Shown: positions 52,638 to 64,000 of the stretch, in pieces | How positions within the stretch are numbered: position 1 is the first letter of the stretch | How the letters are laid out: each line of letters begins with the position of its first letter | Assembly: GCF_001194135.2 (NCBI RefSeq) | Contig: NC_068997.1 | Location: forward strand, 55,136,415-55,200,414 | DNA from: Octopus bimaculoides | Lineage: Eukaryota | Direction: 5' to 3' | Length of the DNA stretch: 64,000 nt | The notes under the pieces: generated by a model | The model's database searches: none | What the model was told of the DNA's origin: nothing | The model's input: only the letters and a program-made list of their open reading frames with translations | Program-made: the position numbers and the translations under genes

Positions 52638-54033
52638 ACTCTGCTGATGACATCTAAGCATAGTCTTCTCAACTGATTGGTCCCTTACGTTTGTGACACA
52701 GCATAAATCAGCATCATGTCTCTAGACCCATGGGTCCTTACACCATAACCCTGTATTCCCATACAATAGAGACGGCACTATATCCAAGAGCCCATTGATG
52801 GTGTTAAACTGAGAATTAATTCTGTAATATTTGCCATTCCTTTGCTGTAATGTGGCGAAATAAATAGCATAGTCTCCTACATTAGTTGAGTGAATAAAGA
52901 AAACATTGAGCTAAAACACAATCTGCTGCAAAGGTTGTTTCAAATATATTATATAAATACGATTTTATTTACAAGAAAATAGAAACTTTTTGAATTCAGC
53001 AGCTTCTAACTGCATTTTTGAAAACAATATGTGTATAAAGTGAGCTAATAATTAAGAACACATACGTATCTTGTGTATCCATGTATGTATATAAACATAT
53101 ATAAGACTTCTTAGTTATTACGCTATCTTTACACTTTGCTGCACATAACTCTTGTTAAGAAGATTATTATAAACATAACTAGATTGGAATTCTTTGTAAT
53201 CATTATTATTATTATTATTATTTTTAATTTTCATTCTCCCCCATTTTCTATTTTATGTACAGTTTAAAATTTTTATATTTTTATTTCATTTCTTATTTTC
53301 TTATTTCTCTCTAAAAAGATTGTTGTGTGTAAAAGACAGTCTTGTATTTAGAAAAGAAGATCGATGAAAGAAAGAAACGGCCAAAACAATAGCCGAGGAA
53401 AGTGAAAATGAAACAACATTTCAAATGGAAGAGGAAAAAAAAATGCTTATGACAAGAATTGTTCCACAAGAATATGTTATTGCTTTTCTCCTTTTTGTGT
53501 TCGAAGAAGACCATCACTACAAGATACACTGGAACTACGATGTAGTATTGTTGGAAGAGAGGTAAAGCAGTGCTTTAAAAAGAAATGGTTCTAGGAGTGG
53601 AAAGGTGGTGGCGCCGGGGGGGGGGGAGAAAGAAAGGAAGAAAAGAAAAACAAAGAGGAATTAGGTGTGGAGTGAGAAAGAAAATATAAATCTATAGAAT
53701 TAGGTTTTGAGTTATAGCTGTTAGATGGTTACATTAGTGACGCAAAACTGACAAATGGTTGAAGACAATCAGTAAATGAGTGGAGCGCTATCATTAGATG
53801 GTCTGGTGATAATGATATCATAGCAATTATCACTTGGAGCTGCAACTCACTGGGGAGAAGAGATCTCTCAACATGAAGCTGTAGAATAAGAGAAAACACA
53901 GAGAGCTTTTGTGTGACATAACTATTATTTTAAATTGTTTACTGAAAAGAAGATATATATTCATTGTGTGTATCTTGCTGGGTGCAATGCAGATAACCAA
54001 AACGAATCACGTGTGTGTGTGTGTGTGTGTGTG

Positions 54034-54400
54034 TATCTTTTACTTGTTTTAGTCATTGGACTGCAGCCATGCTTTTAGGTTTTAAGGGAGCAAATTGACC
54101 CCAGTACTTATTTTTATGCCTAGTACTTGTTCTATCAGTTGTTTTTTCAGAACTGCTAGGTTATAGGGTGTAAACAAAACAACAGCAGTTGTCAAACAGT
54201 GGTGGGGGGACAAACACAAAGACATACACATGTACAAACACACATGCATATGTATGATTATGCAGTGGGATTCTTTTAGTTTCCATCTACCAGATCAACT
54301 CAAGGTTTTGGTCAGCCAAAGACACTTGCCCAACGTGTCATGCAGTGAGACTGAACCCAGAACCATGTGGTTAGAAAGCCAACTCCTTTCCACATAGCTA
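54034..54400 (-). mobile_element. SINE family A, full head plus tail
   Basis: TCTTTTACTTGTTTTAGTCATTGGACTGCAGCCATG...GACACTTGCCCAACGTG...GACTGAACCCAGAACCATGTGG. Confidence 0.75.
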
Positions 54401-54481
54401 CACACACATACATACACAATGCATACGTACATGCACAACATAACATACACACAAGTATTCACATTCATGTATGATAGGTGT

Positions 54482-54856
54482 AGGCGTGGTTGTGTGGTTG
54501 CAAAGCTTGCTTTTCAAACGTTTACTCTTGGATTCAATCTCTCTGTGTGGAATTTTTGGTGGCTTCTATTATAGCCTCAGGCAGACTAAAGATTTGTGAG
54601 TCCCAACAGATGGAGACTAAAAGAAGTCGTATGTGTGTGTGCGTGGCCTTGTCTTGTTCTGACATGCTATACAAGTGATGTTGTTCGTTTCTAGCATTGT
54701 ATTTAAAATATGTATCACCCAAGGGAAATATTATCTGGCTTGGAAACAGGTGAGGGTTGGTGACAGGAAGGGCATCCAGCCATGGAAAATCTGCCTCAAA
54801 GGATTCCGTCTAACACATGCATGCATGGAAAAGTGGGATGTTAAAAGTGATGATGC
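54482..54856 (+). mobile_element. Family A-type head followed by family C (RTE-type) tail
   Basis: AGGCGTGGTTGTGTGGTTGCAAAGCTTGCTT...GATTCAATC; then GGGTTGGTGACAGGAAGGGCATCCAGCC...GCATGGAAAAGTGGGATGTTAAAAGTGATGATG. Confidence 0.7.
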
Positions 54857-54879
54857 AGACGGATATGCATACTTACACA

Positions 54880-54981
<102 letters not shown>

Positions 54982-54988
54982 GATACAC

Positions 54989-55024
<36 letters not shown>

Positions 55025-55759
55025 GCGTATATATATATGTAAATTATACATATCTATACATTCCTCAGCATGTATATACATGTGTGGGTGTGGGTGTGTG
55101 TATGTGTGTGTGTATCTTTATGGCTTGAATAATAAAGTTTGTACTCAATGCCAATTTCAATAACAGAACATCCTTTTCCCAAAAATGTCATAAATCGTTA
55201 TTTTGCACCACATGTCGATGGGAAAGACAACAAACTATATCAGACAGGGATGGTGTCTCACAGGAATTTTACTTTTCATTAATTCACTTATTCTGGTGCT
55301 AGCCATTTATATTTCTGGGTGTTTACTCAACAATTCGATTAATAACACTTTGTTTGGGCAAGTCACACTAAATCTGATTTTGCTGAAAAGTTCCAACAGT
55401 ACAGAACATGCTTAAAGTTATGTCTCATGTGCAGTGCTAAAAGAAAATGTTTCTAATATAAGTATAAGACCTTAAATTTGTTGTGAGAACAGTGGTTGAT
55501 CTCTTAAATTTCAGTATTTGTCTTGTACTCCACTGGCCCCAGAGGAAAGGCATGGAAAGAATGAAAGACCTTAGGAGGGTTTGAAACTGTAAAAAGCCAC
55601 CAATTTTGGAGAAGACAAGGATCAATTTAATTGATCCTTGTACATGTCTGGGGTTTTGTTTCAATGAACTCAGAAGGTTGAAAGGTAACATCATGTCTTT
55701 GCAAGGTTTCATCTCTGTGCACAAAGAATATTGCTAAAACATTAGTGATTCTGCCATCA

Positions 55760-55801
<42 letters not shown>

Positions 55802-57280
55802 ACAGTCCAAATTTTAATTCACTTCTTCACAGTTACTTTTATCCTAAATTGCTTTTCACACAAATGCTGTTGCTGTAGTTAAAATTGTAAAAACTCTTCT
55901 CTATTGAACAGATCTCAAGTATTGCTATGATCCATTTAACTTATTCGCCTCCTTTTGAAATTGTTAAACTAGAACTGTAGTGAAGGTTGTTTAAGTAGTG
56001 AAATAATGGATTACAACATCAGCTTTTAGACTTCTTACTTATTGAGACATCTTGTCAATAGAACCACCAGAGTTGGCTATTTAACAGCATCAGCAAAGGC
56101 TCTTTACTTCAATTTAACTCTTCTCTAAACAATTTTGTCAATCTTTTGTTACAATCTCAAATACTATTCACCAACCTCTTCTTAATGTTTATTTTTTCCC
56201 CTTAATTATCTGGTTTGGGGATTCTATCATTTTATTCCTTGCCATTACTTAGAACTATTTGTTTTTCATTAATTTGAAATATTCCTCCCAAATTATCACC
56301 AAACTTATTTTGTATGACTCATCGAGATGCCATACAGCCGACGGGAACCGAAGAAATAAACTAATTTACTTTACTTCACTATATTCAGAATAAGATTTAT
56401 ATCTTATAATAAAATGATGCCACACTCTCTCATTTATCCATTTTTGAAAATAGTTTCTGCAAGAAACATCATCAGACATTAAAAAAAAAAATGAAGAAAG
56501 AAATGCGAGGAATTATTGTTAAAAGTAACTAAATAAGATTTGCTATGTTAATGGCTAAAGAGTCATTAATGAAGTTTATGCAACTCTTAAAAAGCAAAAA
56601 CACAATCAAATAGAATAACACATGGCATGATGCCAACTGCATTTTTGCCTCTAAGCAAACAAATATTCGAGTATCAGGTTTCAATATCCTTCAATTCTAG
56701 CTCATAAGTGGATCTATGTTTAAACATACTTGACATATTCTGCAATGATATTTGTTTTCAGCGAGTTACTCAAAGGATCAACATACAGCCTCTGATTTTA
56801 ATACAGGTTCTAATATGTATAGTTCCACTTAAAAAAGCTAATTATGTCTTTTCAGTTTTTTTTTCATTGTTATTTTAATTATTTTTATTTATTTACAAAT
56901 GGCATTTATGAAGTAAAACATTACAATAAGATCTTAAGAATTTCTCGATTGTTGCTAAATTAAAATTAGGTAACAAGAAATTTGCTACTTTACTCAAAAG
57001 TAGTTTATTCCACATAACCTCAGCTCTACATTTCCATGCAAACATGAACAAATGAAAAAGGAAGTAATTATGTGAAAAAAATATCTAATAGAAACCAAAA
57101 TTTAATTTACTTCATCATTTCTGTCCCACTTCACTATTTCAAACCTAAACGCTGCAAACCTGGAAATGGTATGGAATTAATTTAACTTCTCACACACTTC
57201 AAATAAATTTTCATTACACGTGTGTGAACAATAATGTTGATGTCTAACCTCAGGCCAAATGTAACCAGGCAGACATATAA

Positions 57281-57492
57281 TCCTTTCTGCTAAAGGCACG
57301 TGGCCTGAAATTTAGAGGAGGAAGCAAGTTCATTGCATTCATCTCAGTGTTCAACTAGTACTTATTTTATCGATCCTGAAAGGATGAAAGGTAAAGTCGA
57401 CCTTGCAGGAATTTGAACTCAGAGTATGAAGATGGAGAAAATGTTGCTAAGCCTTTTGTCTGGCATGCTGATAATTCTGCCATCTCCCCCGC
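57281..57492 (-). mobile_element. SINE family B
   Basis: TCGATCCTGAAAGGATGAAAGGTAAAGTCGACCTTGCAGGAATTTGAACTCAGA...GCTAAGCCTTTTGTCTGGCATGC. Confidence 0.8.
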
Positions 57493-57717
57493 TTTAATAG
57501 CTACAGACTAAAGTTATATTTGTATCTTATATTGTTATGATATGAATGAATTCAATGAGTAGAGATCTAATTGGATGGTAAAGTTATAGATGAGAGATTA
57601 AGAAGTGTGCCTCAGGGCTACATGTTTGTGGGCTCATTTTTACTAAGCAAGAATCTTCTACAATGGTCCCTCACTGCCTTGTGAGAATTTGATTGATAGA
57701 AACTGTACAATACTCAT

Positions 57718-57758
<41 letters not shown>

Positions 57759-57878
57759 CAAGACTTAATAATAAATTCTGAAATGGTTTACTTAGATCTC
57801 AATTATGTCAATAATTTCACTACAAACTCTCCAATCTTTTTATAGATACGTATATTTATCATGTATGCATGTGTGCTG

Positions 57879-57919
<41 letters not shown>

Positions 57920-58244
57920 TTTTGTAACAACAGAGACCAGAAGCAAGAAAGTTTGACTCAATAATATGGATTCTCTTTACAGCTTCCTTGCGAGTAAGAT
58001 TTGATCAATGGATATATATATATATATATATATGTATACGTATATATACTCACACACACTGAGGACTATGGCTTCTTAATTATAATCTTTATATTTCTTT
58101 CCCTTACAGGTGATTTTTTTCCCCATTATGTGTGAAAAGTTATTACATGAGCAAACAAGAGATTAAGAGTATTAAATATTATTGTGAAATTACTAATCTA
58201 AAATGTCTTTATGGCACCTTATATAAAAGTGTGTGTGTGTGTGT

Positions 58245-58302
<58 letters not shown>

Positions 58303-58569
58303 TTACATCCTGTGTTTTGGAGAAAGAAAGCTCTAAGCTACAACAATGTTGATTCTTGGCAATTCCCTCTCAACAAATCATCTGCTTCCTCTGTTCTTTG
58401 GAAGATAAATGGATTGAGAAATCTCTCACTTACAGAATCTGGTGAAGGTTAGTGGCAGGAAAGGCATTCAGCTGTAAAAAAAACAATGCCTTTTTATATG
58501 CAGTTGCTTTACCCATCCTAGCATTAAAAGAATGGACAGAAAATGCACACACACACACATATATATATT

Positions 58570-58790
58570 ATTCTTTTATTCTTGTATTTGTTTCAGTCAT
58601 TTGACCACGGCCATTCTGGAGCACCGCCTTTAGTTGAACAAGTCGACTCCAGGACTTATTCTTTGTAAGCCTAGTACTTATTCTTTCAGTCCCGTTTGCT
58701 GAACTGTTAAGTTACAAGGACATAAACACATCAACATCAGTTGTCAAGCGATGGTGGAGGAGGAAACAAACACACACACACACACACACG

Positions 58791-58849
<59 letters not shown>

Positions 58850-58868
58850 CAGGCTTCTTTCAGTTTCC
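58570..58868 (-). mobile_element. SINE family A tail plus internal microsatellite
   Basis: TTTCAGTCATTTGACCACGGCCATTCTGGAGCACCGCCTTTAGTTGAACAAGTCGACTCCAGGACTTATTCTTTGTAAGCCTAGTACTTATTC. Confidence 0.85.
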
Positions 58869-59546
58869 TTGATAACAAATTAAATAGGGCCATAATGTGT
58901 TTTAAATCAGAGGGTGAGGAACCAAGACAAATACTGTGAAGCATTCATTTTGAGATTCTGAAAACTCTGGCTCTTCACTAGGTTATTTGTTGACCCATAG
59001 AAGAATGAAAAGCAAATCTGACCTCAGTAGGATTTGAACTCAGCTTCAACAAATACTACAAAGTATTTTGTAAGAGAGATTCTTTAATAGTCTGCCAATT
59101 CCTGACTGAAAATCGAACACAGCATTATGATGTTATGGATGAAAGTAGGCCTGTATCCCCTGCATAACAAGAAGCTTCTTTTATGCTTGCACTCCATCAC
59201 CTGGCATCAAGCTGCATCTCTGTCTACTTTAGTCTCACTCAGAAAATACTGATGGGAGCTAAATCATATTCTGACAATTTAACTGCTTCTGGTTGTTTGT
59301 TTTGATTAACCAAGATCTATGATAAAAAGACAGTCCAGCCATGACTGTTCCATCTTTGTTTTCCAGTTATCAAATGAAGCAGAACTATGATCAAAGATAG
59401 TTTAACAATGAACATGCCACTTTTTCAGACATGATACAAGCATATACACACATATATACACACACACACATGTGTGTGTGTGTGTATATGAGTGTATATA
59501 CATGTGTATATACATATATGTATATGCATATCTGTCTATCTATCTA

Positions 59547-59586
<40 letters not shown>

Positions 59587-59653
59587 TGGAAGACAGACGT
59601 TACACAATGATGATGATGAGGATGATGATGATGATGATATATATATATATATT

Positions 59654-59839
59654 CTGAAGAATTCCAGGCTCTATGGGTATTGCGGAAGGCATGGCTGGAG
59701 GCCTGCTTAGGAAAACTGAAGGACTGCTGCAATAAGTGCGTGAATTTGAGAGGGAAATATCTTGAATAAAATTATAATTAAGTGATCCTTCTGTATTTTC
59801 TTTTACCCAAAGCCAGGAACTTATCAGCACTCCCTCATA
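59654..59839 (+). mobile_element. mariner-derived MITE carrying the transposase C-terminal codons
   Basis: 59692-59769 translates WLEACLGKLKDCCNKCVNLRGKYLE* (cf. mariner ..GI.KL..RW.KCI...G.YVE*). Right TIR AAAGCCAGGAACTTATCAGCACTCCCTCATA followed by TA. Confidence 0.75.
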
Positions 59840-60451
59840 TAGTGTATCTATGTATATATATATATATATGTATGTATATAGCTCAATCCAAGGTAAGCTT
59901 ATCTTATTTAAATTCTTTATCTGATGATTTGCTGAAAGAAGATAACTAACATGTTTTTCTTCATGTATGCTTTATATAACATAAAGAAACATATGTGATA
60001 AATACCGAAATTTTCCTGTTTTCTGCTTCAGTATACACACACACACACGCATACTTATATATATATATGCATATATACATACAAACATACACACAAATAT
60101 GTAGCCTGTAGTCGGATGTGGCTATTTTTAAAACAATAGGATGTGATATGATCAATACTTGACTGCTATTTGTAACAGGTCAAAAGGATACATGGTAATG
60201 TATTGTATAGTGAGGTGCCATTTCAGAGAGACCAACCATAAAAATAGAACCTTCTAAAAATTCACAGGAACACAAGTGACATCATTTATTTTTTTCTCTT
60301 CGAAATGATTACAACTTAAAGGTGTGTTAAATTCTTATGAAATATTGAAGGACAAACAGACAAAAAACAAAACAGGAAAAAAGGGAACAGAATAAAATCC
60401 CAAAATGGTAAATGGAATGAACATTAATTCTTCAATCTTTCAAGATAAAAA

Positions 60452-60668
60452 AGGCGGCAGGCTGGAAGAAATGTTAGCATGCTGGGCGAAATGCTTTGCA
60501 GTATTATGTCTGTCTTTACATTCTTAGTTCAAATTCCACCAAGGTTGATTTTGCCTTTCATCCATTCGGGATCGATAAATTAAGTACTAGTTGCATACTG
60601 GGGTTTACCTAATTGATTGGCCCCCTCCCCAGAAATTTTGGGCTTTGTGCCTAGAGTAGAAAAGAATA
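60452..60668 (+). mobile_element. Full-length SINE family B with ~14-bp TSD
   Basis: TSD TTTCAAGATAAAAA (60438-60451) / TTTCAAGATTAAAA (60669-60682). Intact body with AGTTCAAATTCC B-box. Confidence 0.85.
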
Positions 60669-61081
60669 TTTCAAGATTAAAATATATATATATATATATA
60701 TATATCTTTTTCTGTGCCATACTTCAGTTGATGTGAGACCCTCCTTGATTAAGGAGAATAGCTGAAGGTGAAAAGAAACATCAGGAAAACAAGAAAGCAA
60801 AGATTCGAAAAATATTTGCTTCATTGTTAGTAGTGGACAGAATTCTATTTGTTAGAAGCAATGAGAGAGAGAGAGAGAGAGAGAGTGACTTAAAGAGCTA
60901 CACTGATTCTTCACAGAAGAATACCTGCTGAGCATGAAATGAAATAACGAATTAACTACTGTTGTTCATGAAAACATCTGTGTGATATGTATGAGTGTTT
61001 ATACTCACACACACACACAAATATTCAATAAATGTGTGTGTGTGTATGTATGTATATATATATATATATATNNNNNNNNNN

Positions 61082-61225
61082 TTGAAAATCCTACACGACT
61101 AGGTGAAAAGCGCTTTATTTAATATGTGACATTAATAAAAAATCTGTAAATGTACAAACATCCAAATTTCTGAGTACCTTAATTTTTTTCTATATAATTT
61201 CTGTACATCACCTCCAAACCTTCCA

Positions 61226-61230
<5 letters not shown>
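61082..61230 (+). mobile_element. Penelope-like pseudo-LTR fragment with degenerate hammerhead-like core
   Basis: TTGAAAA-T-CCTA-CACGAC-TAGG-T-GAAA (61082-61108), then AATAAA and a 3' end running into (TA)n. Second copy at 29572-29640. Confidence 0.5.
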
Positions 61231-61260
<30 letters not shown>

Positions 61261-61276
61261 CATACATACATACATA

Positions 61277-61360
61277 TCATCATCATCGTTTAACGTCCGC
61301 TTTCCATGCTAGCATGGATTGGACGATTTGACTGAGGACTGGTGAAACCGGATGGCAACC
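61277..61360 (-). mobile_element. RTE-tail-type retroposon fragment (family C)
   Basis: CATCATCATCGTTTAACGTCCGCTTTCCATGCTAGCATGGATTGGACG. Confidence 0.75.
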
Positions 61361-61440
61361 GGATGATGATGATGATGATGTGTATATATATATATATTTA
61401 TATATATATATATATACATACATACATACATATATATATA

Positions 61441-61640
61441 TAATCTTGTTTCAGTCATTGGACTGCAGCCATGCTGGAGCACTGCCTTGAAAGGTTTAGT
61501 CAAATAAATCAATCCCAGTGCTAACATTTTAGGTCTGGTATTTATTCTATCAATCTCTTCTGCTGTATCACTAAGTTATGAGAATGTAAGAAAAACCAAC
61601 ACCAGTTGTCAGGTTGTGAAGGGGACAAACACAAAGACAT
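61441..61640 (-). mobile_element. SINE family A tail
   Basis: CTTGTTTCAGTCATTGGACTGCAGCCATGCTGGAGCACTGCC...CACCAGTTGTCAGG...GGGGACAAACAC. Confidence 0.8.
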
Positions 61641-61649
61641 TAAATAAGT

Positions 61650-61864
61650 GGCCTCTCTAGGCTATGGAGGAGGAAAGGACCTTGCTACTCAATATCACCA
61701 ACAGGGGATTGTCTTCCATCAGTTATTGATTGCAAGTGACCCTGTTTTCTTGTGGTTTCCAATGGGCTTCAATTTCAGGAAATAGCCAAAAGGAGACAAT
61801 CTCCCGTTGTTGACATTTAGTAGCAAAGTCCTTTCCTCCTCCTCCTCCATAGTCTAAAGAGGCC
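61650..61864. mobile_element. Fold-back element / MITE, ~70-bp arms with 75-nt spacer
   Basis: Arms 61650-61716 and 61792-61864: 58/67 complementary plus a 6-nt (GAG)2 indel. Confidence 0.8.
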
Positions 61865-62065
61865 TTAAGCCAACAGGTTTTGGAATCTGAGGACACGCCA
61901 TAAAGCTAAGCGCTTTATGGACATGAAACCCAGGGTAATTCTATAAAAAGGCACCAAAAGAGAATGACTCTCCCCATACGCAACAGAATATGCTTCAACA
62001 CTCGAACTCACATAAAGAATTTTGCAAACCAAATCTCAAAACGAAATATATATATATATATATAT

Positions 62066-62206
62066 GATGGGTTTTTTTCAGTTTGTGTATATAAAATCCA
62101 CTGACAAACCTTTTGTTGGCTGAAGGCCTTAATAGAAGAGTCATGCAGTGGGATTGAACTTGGAACCATGTGGATGGGAAGCATAACTTCTTAACACAGT
62201 CACGTC
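62066..62206 (-). mobile_element. SINE family A head, degenerate
   Basis: CATGCAGTGGGATTGAACTTGGAACCATGTGG...TTAACACAGTCACG. Confidence 0.65.
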
Positions 62207-62969
62207 TGCATCTAGTAAGCAATAATGGGAAAACATTTCAACAGTAAAAATGATTTTTCCAATAAACTCAACCAATCTTGCAGACACAAAACACATGAAA
62301 TACTAATGGAAAAAAAAAAAAAAAATTTACCCACTAACTATAAATAAATGATGAAATATATGTGGGATTTCATGTTTTGCCTGAAAGAAGGAAGTATTTA
62401 TTATTAAACTAATTAAATATTAATAATGTAGTCTATTTCATTGTTGAAAGGTAGGAAGATATTAAATAGATGTGAACTGTAGGAGGTGTGATTACAGATT
62501 TTAAAAATTAGTTTTATAAATACTGCACCTATGAAGACATGCTTTAACTAGCATTCAGGATACAGGCACACATACATAGAATAACACACGCATATATATA
62601 TATACACAGTGAGTATACAACACACACATACGTAGAATAACTACAATTTATCACATGATATTGTTTCATTCTCAAAGCACTTACTCATATACAAATACCA
62701 TCACATTCTCATTATGCATGGCTCTGTTTTCATTACAAACATAGACATACTATACAAAGACGATAAGAAATATATACATGTATGTACGTGTGTGTATACA
62801 TATAGCAATACTATATACAAATGTCCCATGCTGGCCAAATTAGTTTTAAAAAATGTTTTACTTAGGCAGTATCATTCACTCATTACAAAAACACATTAAA
62901 GATTACATATTTGTGTGTGTGTGCGTGCCTGTATGTTTGTGAGTGTATGTATGAATGACTATAATACTC

Positions 62970-63006
<37 letters not shown>

Positions 63007-63399
63007 GTATGTATGTGTGTATGTATATCTATCTTTATATATGTAAGTATAAACACACACACACATACAAAGTATTATAAGTCTCATAACAGTCAATTCA
63101 TGTTACTGAACAGTTTCATGTTGAAAAACCTTCCAACTGATGAGAGATAAATGAACGATCATCAGGCGTTGCTGAAGCAGCTGCCACACGACTAAATTTA
63201 TAGTATTGCATAAAATATGCTTACTTGTTATCTAATATTCAAGTGTTAGTTTTTTCTGACTTATGAAATTTATTGGATGAATATATTTGTGTGTGTAACA
63301 TAGAGCACTTATAAGTGCTACAGATTACATGTAATCCAAAGTAATCTGTTACCCATTTTTTTTACATAGTTTGGGTCATTTGTGATTAAACTAGTTAGG

Positions 63400-63800
63400 A
63401 ACCTTCCCAATGTAGCCTGATGAAGAGGGTTCCACAGATTCCAGTTGCACAAAAACAGTCTCTACACAAGGAGGTGAAGAGTTCTCTAATAGCTGTGTAC
63501 TGGAACACAGAAATACTGAAGATGGTAAAGGACCATATAAGTCTTCTGAGAATTATGGGCCGATTTGTAGCCAAGGTGACAGCTGTTGTATGAGAAAGGA
63601 TCTCTGAATATAATCTTGGTACATCAATGATCTATGATTGTCTGTAAAACTTTCAGGCTTTGCTACGGTTTTGGTGAGCTTATGAATAGTTAAGTAAGGT
63701 AATATGGTGCATGTGTTTCATTCAATAAATATTTCTTTCGTCTTATCCCTGTTACGTGTTGCTTGTTAAAAACAGATGTTGATTTTTGGTTTGTTAACAT
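63400..63800 (-). pseudogene. Decayed CR1/L2-group LINE ORF2 C-terminal remnant
   Basis: Minus-strand motifs in the expected order across frameshifts: GIRRKKYLL (63749-63723), TILPYLT (63708-63688, cf. LILPYLDYC), KIIFRDPFSYNSCHLGYKS (63617-63561, cf. RII...SY..L..LG..SL), NLWNPL (63440-63423, cf. xLWNSLP). Confidence 0.45.
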
Positions 63801-64000
63801 AAATCATACATATTGAATCCTGAAAAAGAGTCATACTGCGGCAATGTTGTTGTTGGTGCACTTCCCATGTTGTAACTTTGCTCGTCTGGTCACACTCCTC
63901 TAATTATTTACTTGGGAACAGATTCACGGAACTTTGCATGCATTGTTGTTTTGTTAAGTAGGGCCAGCGATGTGCACAGTGTCAGCACAGTGCATCACAT

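Noticed and set aside
55148-55282. 44-aa [37 protein letters not shown]...
   Set aside because: Short, with weak splice sites and no recognised homology.
56320-56360. Small CpG-dense patch (TCGAGATGCCATACAGCCGACGGGAACCGAAG)
   Set aside because: Too short to interpret, with no exon boundaries or repeat match.
59921-59937. CTGATGA-TTTGCT-GAAA exact hammerhead core words
   Set aside because: The intervening 6 nt cannot form stem II. CTGATGA hits at about 41586, 52646, 63137 and 63417 also lack a proper stem-GAAA.

Overview
AT-rich, microsatellite-saturated eukaryotic genomic DNA with 15 N-gaps, nearly all flanked by (TA)n. The SINE families, (TA)n/(CA)n density and gap pattern point to a coleoid cephalopod, probably an Octopus short-read scaffold (inference). 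I found no recognisable protein-coding gene. The window looks intronic or intergenic, and most ORFs in the track are microsatellite or N-gap read-throughs. The interpretable content is a layered transposon record: about 30 tRNA-head SINE or RTE-tail fragments, two with clear TSDs; hAT, piggyBac-like, mariner and Helentron-type non-autonomous elements, three of them nested at 3.1-4.0 kb; two long fold-back elements; decayed LINE fossils (RTE, R4/Dong, CR1/L2); and Penelope-like LTR fragments with degenerate hammerhead-like cores. The most notable items are (i) a tRNA-Lys(UUU)-derived head that retains an 11-nt insert at the canonical tRNA-intron position (47875-48024, minus), (ii) a perfect 27-bp-stem, pre-miRNA-sized hairpin (22991-23048), and (iii) a weak exon candidate with a tetraspanin-like PxSCC motif (25061-25134). 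All family assignments come from my recall of motifs, not database searches. I see no convincing novel biological system.
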